Shown piece by piece: positions 48,769 to 58,995 of a stretch of 64,000 nt of DNA (the first letter of the stretch is position 1; the number at the start of each line of letters is the position of its first letter). The position numbers were made by a program, and so were the translations under genes. The notes below the pieces were generated by a model. It did not search any database. It saw only the letters and a list, made by a program, of their open reading frames with translations, and had not been told where the DNA came from. The stretch is from Deltaproteobacteria bacterium. Lineage in GTDB: Bacteria > Desulfobacterota_D > UBA1144 > Nemesobacterales > UBA2774. The stretch lies in NCBI GenBank assembly GCA_029262275.1, contig JAJCZS010000007.1:382031-446030 (forward strand), read 5' to 3'.

Positions 48769-51297
48769 ATGTCAGAGAAGCTGTTATCTATTTTAGATGC
48801 ACTTGAAAAACCGCTTAAGTTTTCCTCTAGAAAGGGTTATTCAAATTTAGATAAAATAACCGGATTAGATAAGCTTGTAGGGGATTTAACTCTAAAAGCC
48901 CTATCTTTACCTTTAGGTTCTGAAGAATTTGATAAGTTAGAGAAAATAAAACAGTTTTTTACCTCTTATGACTCGCTTGATACAGGACAAAAAAAGGAAA
49001 TCATTGAAAATTCTCTACAAATAATTGAGGGATTAAGAAATAGCCATAAATCTGCACCTAACTCAAAAGAAGATGAAACTGCAAAATTAAAAGAGGAGTC
49101 GCCAGATAAAGATGATATTTCGCTATCAGAAGATATAGATAAGAACTCCGAGCATTTTGAAAACCTCTCCCAAATACCCGTGCAATTTGTAAAAGGAGTT
49201 GGGCCGAGAATAGCTTCAATACTGAAGAAAAAGGGCCTCGAGAGTGTGGAGGACGCACTTAACTATTTTCCACGGGCTTATGAAGACCGAAGGACTGTAA
49301 AAAGCATATCCAAACTAACTCCCGGCCAGCGTGAGACTGTAATGGGGAAGATAATGCTAGCTGGTAAGATTAGAACAAAAACTAGAAGCCTTTATCAAAT
49401 TGTTCTCTCAGATGGCACGGGCACAGTTACATTGGTTTGGTTTCAATTTAATGAAAAATACTTAAGAGCTGCCTATAAAAAGGGGGCCTCTGTTATTCTG
49501 ACAAGCGAGGTTACAGTAGGATACCGAGGTGCTGTCCAGATCATTCATCCAAAGCCCGAAGACATAGAAGTAATTGATGAGGGTGAGGAGATAGATGAGG
49601 ACCATATCCATTTCAACCGCATTGTTCCTATCTACCCGCTTACAGAGGGACTCAAGCAAAGACGTATGAGAAGGATCATGAAATCATTGGTGGATACATT
49701 TGGAGACTCATTGCCGTCATTTATACCTCAAAGTATTAGTAATAAAAGAAATATTTTAGACTACGGTCAGGCACTTAAAAGAGTCCATTTTCCTGATGAT
49801 AAGGATATGGTTATTGATATCTCAGACGGTAGCTCTGTTTACGAGTCATCACCCCACAGGACTGTCTCTTATTCTGAATTCTTCTTAACGGAGATCGGGC
49901 TTGCCATAAAAAAAAGAGATGTTGCTAAGCTTGATGGGATAAAGTTTTCTCCTACTAACGAGCTTACGGAAGCTCTTTTAGGGAAACTGCCGTTTGCTCT
50001 TACATCAGCTCAGAGAAGGGTGATTTCAGAGATTGAACAGGACATGTGCTCTGAAAATCCTATGAACCGACTTCTCCAAGGAGATGTGGGAAGTGGTAAG
50101 ACTATAGTTGCTTTATTTTCAATCTTAAAAGCGGTTGAATCTGGTTATCAGGCAGTGCTTATGGCACCTACGGAGATACTCGCCGAGCAGCATCTAGCCT
50201 CAGTTCTGGAATATGTAAAAGGTTTAGGGCTCCGCGTGGTTTTTTTGAAGAGCGGATTGAGCAAGAGTGAAAAAAATACATATTATAAAGCAATCATGTC
50301 GGGAGAGGCCCAAATTGCAGTTGGAACACACGCGCTTATACAGGACAAGGTAGATTTTAAGAACCTAGGTCTTGTAGTTATTGATGAGCAACACCGTTTT
50401 GGAGTCATGCAGAGAGCGGAGCTTATGAGTAAGGGGAAAAACCCGGATGTTCTCGTAATGACTGCAACTCCTATTCCAAGAACCCTTGCACTAACAGTAT
50501 ATGGGGACTTAGATGTTTCAATACTGGATGAGCTCCCTCCAGGCAGAAAAGAAATAAAGACAAAAGTTTATTATGATCAGAAGGGCTCTAGAGAAAAAGC
50601 ATACAGCATAGTTCGTAAGGAGATAGAGAGTGGAAGGCAGGCGTACGTTGTCTATCCTATGATAGAGGAATCTGAAAACCCTGATTTTAAAGATTTAAAG
50701 TATGCAACACAGATGGCTGAGGAACTGCAAAACGAAATATTTCCAGATTTCAGAGTGGGCTTGCTACATGGCAGAATGAAGACTGATGAGAAAGAAGCGA
50801 TCATGAAAAGATTCAATTCTAACCATCTGGATATTCTTGTGGCTACTACTGTCATAGAGGTTGGAGTGGATGTGCCCAACGCAACAGTAATGGTTGTTGA
50901 GAATGCTGAGAGATTTGGTCTGACACAGCTACATCAACTACGAGGACGAATTGGTAGGGGAGGGCACGATTCTCACTGTGTCTTGATTTCAAGCTTTAGG
51001 AGATCCGAAGATGCAGAGAAAAGACTCACAATTATGGAAGGAACATCGGATGGGTTTAAGATAGCTGAGGCTGATCTTATGATAAGAGGACCGGGGGATT
51101 TTCTGGGCACGAAACAGTCAGGGCTTCCTCAATTTAGGTTTGCGAATCTAATTAGAGACAGCCGCACCCTGCTAGAAGCGAGAGAAGATGCTTTCAACTT
51201 AGTTAAGGAAGATCCGGAACTCAGTAAGCACCCAGAATTATTAGAACAAGTGATAAATAGATGGGGACAGTTATTAAAACTTGGGGGGATTTCTTAA
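48769..51297 (+). CDS. recG: ATP-dependent DNA helicase RecG.
   Basis: Wedge and helicase motifs (GDVGSGKT Walker A, DEQHRFG). The TRG motif was not located. 842-aa protein with a long N-terminal domain. Confidence 0.85.
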   Translation: MSEKLLSILDALEKPLKFSSRKGYSNLDKITGLDKLVGDLTLKALSLPLGSEEFDKLEKIKQFFTSYDSLDTGQKKEIIENSLQIIEGLRNSHKSAPNSKEDETAKLKEESPDKDDISLSEDIDKNSEHFENLSQIPVQFVKGVGPRIASILKKKGLESVEDALNYFPRAYEDRRTVKSISKLTPGQRETVMGKIMLAGKIRTKTRSLYQIVLSDGTGTVTLVWFQFNEKYLRAAYKKGASVILTSEVTVGYRGAVQIIHPKPEDIEVIDEGEEIDEDHIHFNRIVPIYPLTEGLKQRRMRRIMKSLVDTFGDSLPSFIPQSISNKRNILDYGQALKRVHFPDDKDMVIDISDGSSVYESSPHRTVSYSEFFLTEIGLAIKKRDVAKLDGIKFSPTNELTEALLGKLPFALTSAQRRVISEIEQDMCSENPMNRLLQGDVGSGKTIVALFSILKAVESGYQAVLMAPTEILAEQHLASVLEYVKGLGLRVVFLKSGLSKSEKNTYYKAIMSGEAQIAVGTHALIQDKVDFKNLGLVVIDEQHRFGVMQRAELMSKGKNPDVLVMTATPIPRTLALTVYGDLDVSILDELPPGRKEIKTKVYYDQKGSREKAYSIVRKEIESGRQAYVVYPMIEESENPDFKDLKYATQMAEELQNEIFPDFRVGLLHGRMKTDEKEAIMKRFNSNHLDILVATTVIEVGVDVPNATVMVVENAERFGLTQLHQLRGRIGRGGHDSHCVLISSFRRSEDAEKRLTIMEGTSDGFKIAEADLMIRGPGDFLGTKQSGLPQFRFANLIRDSRTLLEAREDAFNLVKEDPELSKHPELLEQVINRWGQLLKLGGIS

Positions 51298-51309
51298 TAG
51301 AGTTACTTT

Positions 51310-52020
51310 ATGGATCTAACTATAATCATACCAACCTTAAATGAGGCCAATTATTTAGGTTTTACGATTGAGCACCTGAGACAGAATTCGAGCTCTGAGA
51401 ATGAAATCATTGTTGCAGATTCAGGTTCTACTGACGGGACTTGTGAGATTGCCATTAAACTTGGTGTTAAGCTTATTCGCCCAAACAGTAATTCTATTGG
51501 TAAATCCTATATTCTTAACGAGGCTGCACAATTGGCATTGGGTGATGTGATCTTGTTCTTAGATGCGGATACTTTGGTACCACCAGAATTTGATAAATCT
51601 ATCAGCAGTTCTCTCAGAGATCCTGATATAGTAGGAGGGGCTTTTGAATTCTCTTTGGATGGGGAGGAGTTTGGACTAAGGGTTGTCGAGCTCATAAACC
51701 GGATACGGTATAGAGTGCGTCAAAGATATTACGGCGACCAGGGAGTGTTTGTTCGCACCGAGGTGTTCAAAAGAGTAGGGGGATATCCAGACGTAGGTTT
51801 ACTTGAGTCAGCATATCTTTGTAAAAATTTGCGGAAACTGGGCAAACTCAAACTGATAAAAAGCCATATTAGCACATCCGCAAGACGTTTTATTGACGGT
51901 GGTATTTATAGAGTTCTGGCAGGCGATATTAAAATATGGTTTTTAGACTTAATCGGAATACCGGTCCATAAATATGCCAATTCTTATTGGAAAGAAAACA
52001 AATTAAGGTCCAAAAATTAA
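51310..52020 (+). CDS. Family 2 glycosyltransferase.
   Basis: IIIPTLNEA N-terminus and a DAD (DxD) motif; 236 aa. Confidence 0.7.
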   Translation: MDLTIIIPTLNEANYLGFTIEHLRQNSSSENEIIVADSGSTDGTCEIAIKLGVKLIRPNSNSIGKSYILNEAAQLALGDVILFLDADTLVPPEFDKSISSSLRDPDIVGGAFEFSLDGEEFGLRVVELINRIRYRVRQRYYGDQGVFVRTEVFKRVGGYPDVGLLESAYLCKNLRKLGKLKLIKSHISTSARRFIDGGIYRVLAGDIKIWFLDLIGIPVHKYANSYWKENKLRSKN

Positions 52021-52031
52021 AGGATTTAGAG

Positions 52032-53285
52032 TTACCCTTCTAAGAGCAAGGATTCCGGATCTTGTATAAGTTCCTTAAGCCTTACCAAAAACTGTACAGC
52101 TTCTCTTCCATCTACAATCCTGTGGTCATAGCTAAGGGCTACATACATCATAGGTTTGATCTCAATCTCACCGTTTATTACTACAGCCCTGTCTTCAATT
52201 TTATGGAGACCCAATATCCCGACCTGAGGCGGGTTTAATATTGGCGTGCTCATGAGGGAGCCAAAAACACCACCATTTGTTATTGTGAAAGTGCCGCCCA
52301 TTATGTCTTCTAATGAAAGAGTATTTTCTTCTGACTTAAGAGCAAGATCTTTGATCTTTTTCTCTATTTCGGCAAATGACATGCCATCTGCATTCTTGAG
52401 TACAGGTACTACAAGTCCTTCGGAAGCCCCAATTGCAACTCCAATGTCATAGTAGTGTTTAACTATCATATCGTCGCCGTCTATTTCTGCATTTATAGCT
52501 GGAAATGCTTTAAGCGCTCCGATTGAAGCTTTAATAAAGAATGAATTTAATCCTAAATTTACTCCATGTTTCTCTCTAAAAGCTTCCTTACGTCTTTTCC
52601 TGAGCTCCATAACGGCGGTCATATCAATCTCGTTAAACGTAGTTAGCATCGCAGTTGTTTGTGATGCTTCCAACATTCTTCTGGCGATAGTGCGCCTTCT
52701 CCGAGACATCTTTATGCGCTCTTCTCTTACTTCTCTAGCTATGGGGAACCCGGGAGATTCCTGAATTTCTACAACCGCTGGGGTTTGAGGCGCAGGTTTA
52801 ACCTCTGGAGCCTCTATTTCAGACTCTTTAATCTCCATTTCCATATGTCTCTCTACATCTTCTTTTGTAATACGTCCACTTGGGCCGGTTGCCTCTACTT
52901 TACTTATATCAATATCAAATTCTTGAGCTAGATTTTTTGCGACAGGTGTTATTTTCTCATTTGTATCATCTTTTGGTTGTTCCACTTCTGTTGCTTCAGA
53001 GACTTCTTCGACAACAGCCTCTTTAGGGGCAGCATTTGATGCGGGGGCACCTTCTTCTAGTATTCCAAGTACTTCACCCACTTCGACGTCATCATCTGCA
53101 TTTTTTAGTATGCTTTTTATAACTCCCGGCTTCTCCGCAGCAACCTCAAAATTAGCTTTTTCTGTCTCTAATTCAAGCAGCGCTTCGCCGATCTTAACAG
53201 AGTCTCCTTCAGACTTAAACCATCTGATTACAGTTGCTTCAACTATGGATTCTCCTAATTCAGGAACAATTATATTTGTTGACAT
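52032..53285 (-). CDS. sucB: 2-oxoglutarate dehydrogenase E2 (dihydrolipoamide succinyltransferase).
   Basis: N-terminal lipoyl domain (ETEKA), a linker, and a catalytic domain with DHRxxDG. The likely start is the Met at 53285, which has a GGAGAG ribosome-binding site; the ORF track extends to 53300. Confidence 0.85.
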   Translation of the reverse strand: MSTNIIVPELGESIVEATVIRWFKSEGDSVKIGEALLELETEKANFEVAAEKPGVIKSILKNADDDVEVGEVLGILEEGAPASNAAPKEAVVEEVSEATEVEQPKDDTNEKITPVAKNLAQEFDIDISKVEATGPSGRITKEDVERHMEMEIKESEIEAPEVKPAPQTPAVVEIQESPGFPIAREVREERIKMSRRRRTIARRMLEASQTTAMLTTFNEIDMTAVMELRKRRKEAFREKHGVNLGLNSFFIKASIGALKAFPAINAEIDGDDMIVKHYYDIGVAIGASEGLVVPVLKNADGMSFAEIEKKIKDLALKSEENTLSLEDIMGGTFTITNGGVFGSLMSTPILNPPQVGILGLHKIEDRAVVINGEIEIKPMMYVALSYDHRIVDGREAVQFLVRLKELIQDPESLLLEG

Positions 53286-53303
53286 TGTATGTCTCTCCAA
53301 TAA

Positions 53304-56117
53304 CTATACGTTTTTCACCCAAGTGATTCCAAGTTCATCTAAGTTCGGTAGTTCTTTATCAATCATAAATGCTTGTTTAATTAATGCTTGCTGATTTACT
53401 TTGTGCATTGATGAAGATCCCTCAGCAGGGCTTGAATTACGTTTTCTGCCCATATAGTGAAGAGGGAATCTGCCGTCTATAAGTTTTCTGAAAAATGGAA
53501 ACATAAACATCCAGGCCCCCATGGTTTCAGGCTCTTCTTGTAACCATACCACTTCTTTAAGGTTTGGATATCTACTCATTACCTCTTGCAGCCTTACGGT
53601 AGGAATAGGATAGAGCTGTTCTACTCTTGCAATTGCTATGTCTTTCGCATTTTCTTTTCTATATTCACTAGTGTTGAGATCTATATAAACTTTTCCGCTG
53701 CATAATATTAGTCGTTTAACATTTTTTGCTTGCTTGTCGTCCATATCATCATCTATTACCGGTTGCCAAGATCCTTCAGAAAGCTCTCTTAATGAAGATT
53801 GGATTGAGGGGCTTCTGAGCAAGCTCTTTGGGGTTAGTACTATTAGTGGAAGAGGATCTTCTACAAGCACCCCAGCTTGACGTCTCAATAGATGAAAATA
53901 TTGTGCTGATGTTGTACAGTTTGCAATTCTCATATTTATTTCGGCAGCAGATCCTAAGAACCTAACTGGTCTTCCTGAAGAGTGATCAGGTCCCTGGCCT
54001 TCATAGCCATGAGGCAAAAGCAACACAAGTGAGGGTGTTTGGCCCCACTTTGCTCTAGCAGAGACAAGGAATTCATCGACAATTGTCTGAGCACCGTTAA
54101 TAAAATCTCCATATTGTGCTTCCCATATCACAAGGCGGTTTGGCTCTTGAATATTGTAGCCATATTCAAAACCTATACATGCGTTCTCTGTAAGAGGGCT
54201 GTTAAGAATTTCGAAAGCCGCTTTAGCTTGTGGAATATTATTAAGTGGAACGTATGGATCCCAATTTTTAGAATCATGAAGTACTGCGTGTCTATGGCTG
54301 AAAGTTCCTCTTTGAGTATCTTGTCCGGTAAGGCGGATAGCCGTCCCGTCTGCAAGTATAGAAGCAAATGCTAGGTCTTCAGCTGTTGCCCAGTCTATTG
54401 TTCTCTCATCCATTTTCTCAAATGATTGTGCTCTTCTTTCCATGCCTCGTCTAAGCTTGGAGTTAAGATTAAAATCGTCTGGAAGTTTAAGTAATTCCTC
54501 ATTTAATTCCCTAAGGGTTTTTGCAGATACTGCTGTTTTAACCCTCTGGGCCGCACCTGCTGGAGGACGTTTAGACTGAGATTCTTCAGGAATATCTTTA
54601 GGAGAAAGTGATTCAAAATCACTGTGAAGCTTCTCTGTATATTTGCCTACAATTTCCTCAGGCTCATTATCTCCTATAATACCTCTTTTCACTAAAGTAT
54701 TAGACCATATCTCTCTGACTGTAGGATGATTGTTAATTTTCTTGTACATTGCAGGCTGGGTGAAAGTGGGTTCGTCAGCTTCATTATGGCCATGGCGTCT
54801 ATATCCGATTAAATCGATTAAAATATCTTTTTGGAATTTTCTTAAGTATGCAAAAGCTATTCTGGCAGCCTCAATACACGCTTCAGGATCATCCGCATTT
54901 ACATGTAATATGGGAATTTCAAACCCTTTAGCTAAGTCACTTGCATATAAAGTGCTTCTGCTATCAGAAGGTAAAGCAGTATAACCCAGCTGATTATTGG
55001 TAATTATGTGTAAAGTGCCTCCTGTGTTGTATCCTGGAAGGCGCGATAAGTTAAGCGTTTCAGAAACCACACCCTGACCAGGGAATGCTGCATCCCCGTG
55101 AACTATCACGGGTAGCGATATGGCAGGGTTAAAATCTGGTGCTCCCGGTTTATCAACTTTGGTGCCGGCTGCTCTTGTCATTCCTTCGACCACAGGGTTT
55201 ACTGCCTCTAAGTGGCTAGGGTTGGGAGCAAGTGTTATTTCCATATCTATAGCTCTTCCGTTGGTTATCGCATGACGAGCTCCATCGTGATATTTAACGT
55301 CTCCCGTCCAACCCATATCATCTTTAAAGTCTCTTTCAAGCACAGGGTCTCTAAATTTGATTAAAGTTCCTTTGTAGCCTTTATTCATTACATGGTGCAT
55401 TACATTTAAGCGGCCTCTGTGGGCCATGCCAAGCATTATGTTATGAATATCTGACTCAGCAGCGAGACCTACTATTTCATTCAATATAGGTACCAACGTA
55501 TCCACGCCCTCTATTGAGAAACGGAATTTTCCTGGGAATATGCGGTGGAGAAATCTCTCAAACACTTCTACCTGTGTTAAACTTTCCAAGAGAAGTCGTT
55601 CATTTATAGGATCATTCGGAGGTCTAAAAGTTCCAGATTCTGCTGAATCCCTGAACCATTTTCTCTCATCAATGCAGTTTAGATGATAGAAATCATAGCC
55701 TATCTTTGATGAATAAACTGCGCGTAGTTTTCTTATTGCTTCAAAAGCATTTGATGTTTCCTCAGCAATAGGACCTCGAACTAAGCTTGAGGGTAGCTGA
55801 AAAAGATCCTCATCATTCAAGTTGTGTCCATCAAAGCTTAGACATGAATCTCCCGGTGGAGGGCTTCCAAGAGGATCAAGATCAGCTTCTAAGTGTCCAA
55901 AAGCTCTAATGGCCTGAGCCAAATTAGCTGTAGCCACGATCTTATCCATCTCTTGTGGGTGTGCATCAGTAGTAGAAGTCTCTGAGATCTCAGGATTCCA
56001 TTTCTCAAAAAGTGCCCTAATTTCAGGGTCCACAGAATCCGGATCTTGCAGATATCTCTCGTATAACTCAAGCACATAACCCGAGTTAGGTCCATGAAAC
56101 ATATGTGAAAGATTCAT
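53304..56117 (-). CDS. sucA: 2-oxoglutarate dehydrogenase E1 component.
   Basis: 937-aa protein with a typical SucA N-terminus (LSHMFHGPNSGYVLELYERY). It lies immediately upstream of sucB. Confidence 0.9.
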   Translation of the reverse strand: MNLSHMFHGPNSGYVLELYERYLQDPDSVDPEIRALFEKWNPEISETSTTDAHPQEMDKIVATANLAQAIRAFGHLEADLDPLGSPPPGDSCLSFDGHNLNDEDLFQLPSSLVRGPIAEETSNAFEAIRKLRAVYSSKIGYDFYHLNCIDERKWFRDSAESGTFRPPNDPINERLLLESLTQVEVFERFLHRIFPGKFRFSIEGVDTLVPILNEIVGLAAESDIHNIMLGMAHRGRLNVMHHVMNKGYKGTLIKFRDPVLERDFKDDMGWTGDVKYHDGARHAITNGRAIDMEITLAPNPSHLEAVNPVVEGMTRAAGTKVDKPGAPDFNPAISLPVIVHGDAAFPGQGVVSETLNLSRLPGYNTGGTLHIITNNQLGYTALPSDSRSTLYASDLAKGFEIPILHVNADDPEACIEAARIAFAYLRKFQKDILIDLIGYRRHGHNEADEPTFTQPAMYKKINNHPTVREIWSNTLVKRGIIGDNEPEEIVGKYTEKLHSDFESLSPKDIPEESQSKRPPAGAAQRVKTAVSAKTLRELNEELLKLPDDFNLNSKLRRGMERRAQSFEKMDERTIDWATAEDLAFASILADGTAIRLTGQDTQRGTFSHRHAVLHDSKNWDPYVPLNNIPQAKAAFEILNSPLTENACIGFEYGYNIQEPNRLVIWEAQYGDFINGAQTIVDEFLVSARAKWGQTPSLVLLLPHGYEGQGPDHSSGRPVRFLGSAAEINMRIANCTTSAQYFHLLRRQAGVLVEDPLPLIVLTPKSLLRSPSIQSSLRELSEGSWQPVIDDDMDDKQAKNVKRLILCSGKVYIDLNTSEYRKENAKDIAIARVEQLYPIPTVRLQEVMSRYPNLKEVVWLQEEPETMGAWMFMFPFFRKLIDGRFPLHYMGRKRNSSPAEGSSSMHKVNQQALIKQAFMIDKELPNLDELGITWVKNV

Positions 56118-56332
56118 AATTTATTCCTATTGAATTAAGTAGTTCTCTCTTTGGATGGTGTGTAATCTTAACATCTAATTTCGATAATAATAGTAGCACA
56201 AGAATATTTAGTTCGCAATTGCGTTTGAGGGCTTTCTACTATGAGATACGGCTAGAAATGTGAATATCAGACAGAACTAAAAGCTCAGCCCGTATTAAGT
56301 GTAACATGCCGGTATTCCTACAAAAAAGGAGC

Positions 56333-57211
56333 TTATCCTAAATGAGCTTTCATGAATTGATCGTAGTGTTTACGATGATCATCATGTCCTATTTCTTGTT
56401 GAGCAGGAAAAGTCTCTTCTTTATTAATAATTATGGACTCTAAAGAAGCATGTTCAGCTTTGAATATACGGCCTATTGGTATATGTCCTTCATCCTTGAG
56501 CTCTATAAGTTTCTGGAAAGAAGATGCTCTATTGGTAGGATCGTAATTCTTGTCCTCATCTACATTATAAACTCTAGCGCGCCATTCACGGTGAGTGTCG
56601 TAGTATGTTACGCAAGGTGATAAGACTTCTAGGAATGCAAAACCTTTTCCAGATTCAGTGTGCTCTATTGCTGCTTCCATGAGTTGCCCAAGCTGGTCGG
56701 GGTTACCGCTAAAACCTCTTGCTAAAAATGTTGTGGAGAGAAAACTTAATCCAAGAAGCATTGAGTCAAGTCCCATTTCAGCATTGTCATGATAACCAAT
56801 AGGGCTTGTAGGAGATGCTTGGCCTTTGGTTAGTCCATAGTTGCTATTGTTCATAACTATATAAATAATGCTTGGGTTACTTTTAAATGTATGTACAAGA
56901 TGACCTGCGCCGATAGCAAATCCATCACCATCACCACCAGCAGCAATTACTGTAAGATCTGGATTGGCAAGCTTAGCCCCAATAGTAGCAGGTAATACTC
57001 GTCCGTGAAGAGCATGATAGCCATAGCATTTTAGATTGTTCTGGATTGTTCCTGAGCAACCAATTCCTGCCAACAACATAAGCTTATGAGGAGGGATCCC
57101 CATTTTGCTCAATGATTTCTCAAGTACTCCTTGTACCGCGAAATCGCCACACCCTGCGCACCATATTGGTCTTGCCGGGGTAAAAGTTTTTGTGCTAGGC
57201 GGTGTTGTCAT
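56333..57211 (-). CDS. korB: 2-oxoacid:ferredoxin oxidoreductase beta subunit (TPP-binding).
   Basis: CAGCGD Cys motif and a GDG TPP-binding motif. It overlaps the korA end by 4 nt. Confidence 0.85.
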   Translation of the reverse strand: MTTPPSTKTFTPARPIWCAGCGDFAVQGVLEKSLSKMGIPPHKLMLLAGIGCSGTIQNNLKCYGYHALHGRVLPATIGAKLANPDLTVIAAGGDGDGFAIGAGHLVHTFKSNPSIIYIVMNNSNYGLTKGQASPTSPIGYHDNAEMGLDSMLLGLSFLSTTFLARGFSGNPDQLGQLMEAAIEHTESGKGFAFLEVLSPCVTYYDTHREWRARVYNVDEDKNYDPTNRASSFQKLIELKDEGHIPIGRIFKAEHASLESIIINKEETFPAQQEIGHDDHRKHYDQFMKAHLG

Positions 57212-58995
57212 TGGGCTTTAGCCTCCTGTTTTTCTTCTTGCTCTAATATTTGATTTACCAGATAGCCAGGTCTGTATGGAAGACCGTCATATCTGCATAT
57301 GCTAATAATTTTACTAGAGTTGGCTCCCTGGTGCATTAACAGGCGAGCTAATTGACCTTGCGCATTTAAATCGATTACGTAAACACGCTCACAGCTCTCT
57401 ATAAACTCAATTGTATCATCGAGCACAGGCCATATAGTTCTTGGCTGATGATATTGAGTTTTGATTCCCTGTTTTTCGAGCTCTTCTACAGCTTCTAGAA
57501 TAACTCCATACATCATGCCAATTCCAATAAATCCAATTGGCGCCTTAGGGTCTCCAAACTGACGTCCCTTTGGCAATTCTTTTTTTGCTTCCTCTATTTT
57601 ATGAAAACGTTTGTCCATCATTTTTACACGGTTCTTAGGATCTGTTGATACTAGTCCAAACTCATCGTGTTCATTACCTGTTACAAGCGACATTCCTCCT
57701 GGTGTGCCGGGAGGAGCAAATGCAGAAACACCGTCGTCTGAAAACTCATAGCGTTTATAGGTCTCTAATTTAGCTACTTGTTCTGCTGTAAGTCTTTTTC
57801 CTGGTTCAACTTTTACTTCATCAAGTTTAAATGGTTTTACGCTTGCAATATTTTGTGATAATGCCTGGTCCATAGCTATAACCACTGGGCATTGATATTT
57901 ATCGGCCAGGTTAGTTGCATCAAATGCTAGATAAAAACAGTCATCAGGATGCCCTGGTGCAAGTACTATTCTTGGAAAATCTCCATGTCCGCCAAATACC
58001 ATAATGTTTATATCGCTTTGTTCAGGTTTTGTAGGCATTCCGGTGCTTGGGCCTGAGCGCTGACAGTCCACTAGCACCATTGGAACTTCGCCTGAGCCGG
58101 CGTGTCCTATACCTTCTTGCATTAGTGAGAAGCCCGGGCCAGAAGTGGCTGTCATAGTCCTCACTCCTGTAAGAGCAGCTCCTATTGCCATATTGATTCC
58201 TGCAAGTTCATCTTCAGTTTGTCTTGCAACTCCTCCACAACGTGGAAGCCATTTCTGAAGAGTTTCTAATACCTCAGAAGAAGGTGTAATAGGATATCCA
58301 GTGAAGAACCTTCCTCCAGCAACCATAAATCCAAAAGCTACAGATTCATTGCCCATAAGAAGAAGATGCTCTTCAGGCTCTGTATGCTCAATTCTGTATA
58401 TTCCTTCACCGTGCTTAATTCCCATTTCATCAGCCAGGTGGAGTCCAAGGTCTAATGCCTCTAGGTTATAATCAAGGATTATTTGTCCTCGGCGTTGAAA
58501 ACGTTTTGTGAAAGTATCGCGCATAGCATCGTCTTCAAGACCTAAAAGACGACCTACTATTCCAAACGCAATACTGTTTTTATATAGTTCACGGCGCATT
58601 GTGCGCATAGCAATACGATTGAAGGGGGCAGCGTATAATCTTGTGCCCTCAGGTAATAATCCCTCAGGAAGCGGACCACTTGAATCATCAAACACTACGA
58701 TGCTCTCAGAATTAATCTGGTGTGCATTCTTTTCTACAGCTTCCTCATCCAGTGCTACAAGTAGGTCTATATGGCTTCCCACACAAAAGCGTTCTCCTGT
58801 GAATGCTCTCATTGTAGCTGCGGCATGACCGCCTCTTATTCTGGATAAAACATCTCTTTCTGTATAAACGTTAAGCCCTGCATTGCGAAACAGGTCTGCA
58901 AGCATGGTTATAACGGTAAGTGAACCATCTCCTCCCTGACCTGCTACAATAACGTTAACGTCTTCAAGTACTGGTTGGCTGTTGTTGGAAGTCAT
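57208..58995 (-). CDS. korA: 2-oxoacid:ferredoxin oxidoreductase alpha subunit with a fused gamma domain.
   Basis: 595-aa protein with an N-terminal gamma-like domain (VIVAGQGGDGS) followed by the alpha domain. Confidence 0.85.
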   Translation of the reverse strand: MTSNNSQPVLEDVNVIVAGQGGDGSLTVITMLADLFRNAGLNVYTERDVLSRIRGGHAAATMRAFTGERFCVGSHIDLLVALDEEAVEKNAHQINSESIVVFDDSSGPLPEGLLPEGTRLYAAPFNRIAMRTMRRELYKNSIAFGIVGRLLGLEDDAMRDTFTKRFQRRGQIILDYNLEALDLGLHLADEMGIKHGEGIYRIEHTEPEEHLLLMGNESVAFGFMVAGGRFFTGYPITPSSEVLETLQKWLPRCGGVARQTEDELAGINMAIGAALTGVRTMTATSGPGFSLMQEGIGHAGSGEVPMVLVDCQRSGPSTGMPTKPEQSDINIMVFGGHGDFPRIVLAPGHPDDCFYLAFDATNLADKYQCPVVIAMDQALSQNIASVKPFKLDEVKVEPGKRLTAEQVAKLETYKRYEFSDDGVSAFAPPGTPGGMSLVTGNEHDEFGLVSTDPKNRVKMMDKRFHKIEEAKKELPKGRQFGDPKAPIGFIGIGMMYGVILEAVEELEKQGIKTQYHQPRTIWPVLDDTIEFIESCERVYVIDLNAQGQLARLLMHQGANSSKIISICRYDGLPYRPGYLVNQILEQEEKQEAKAQ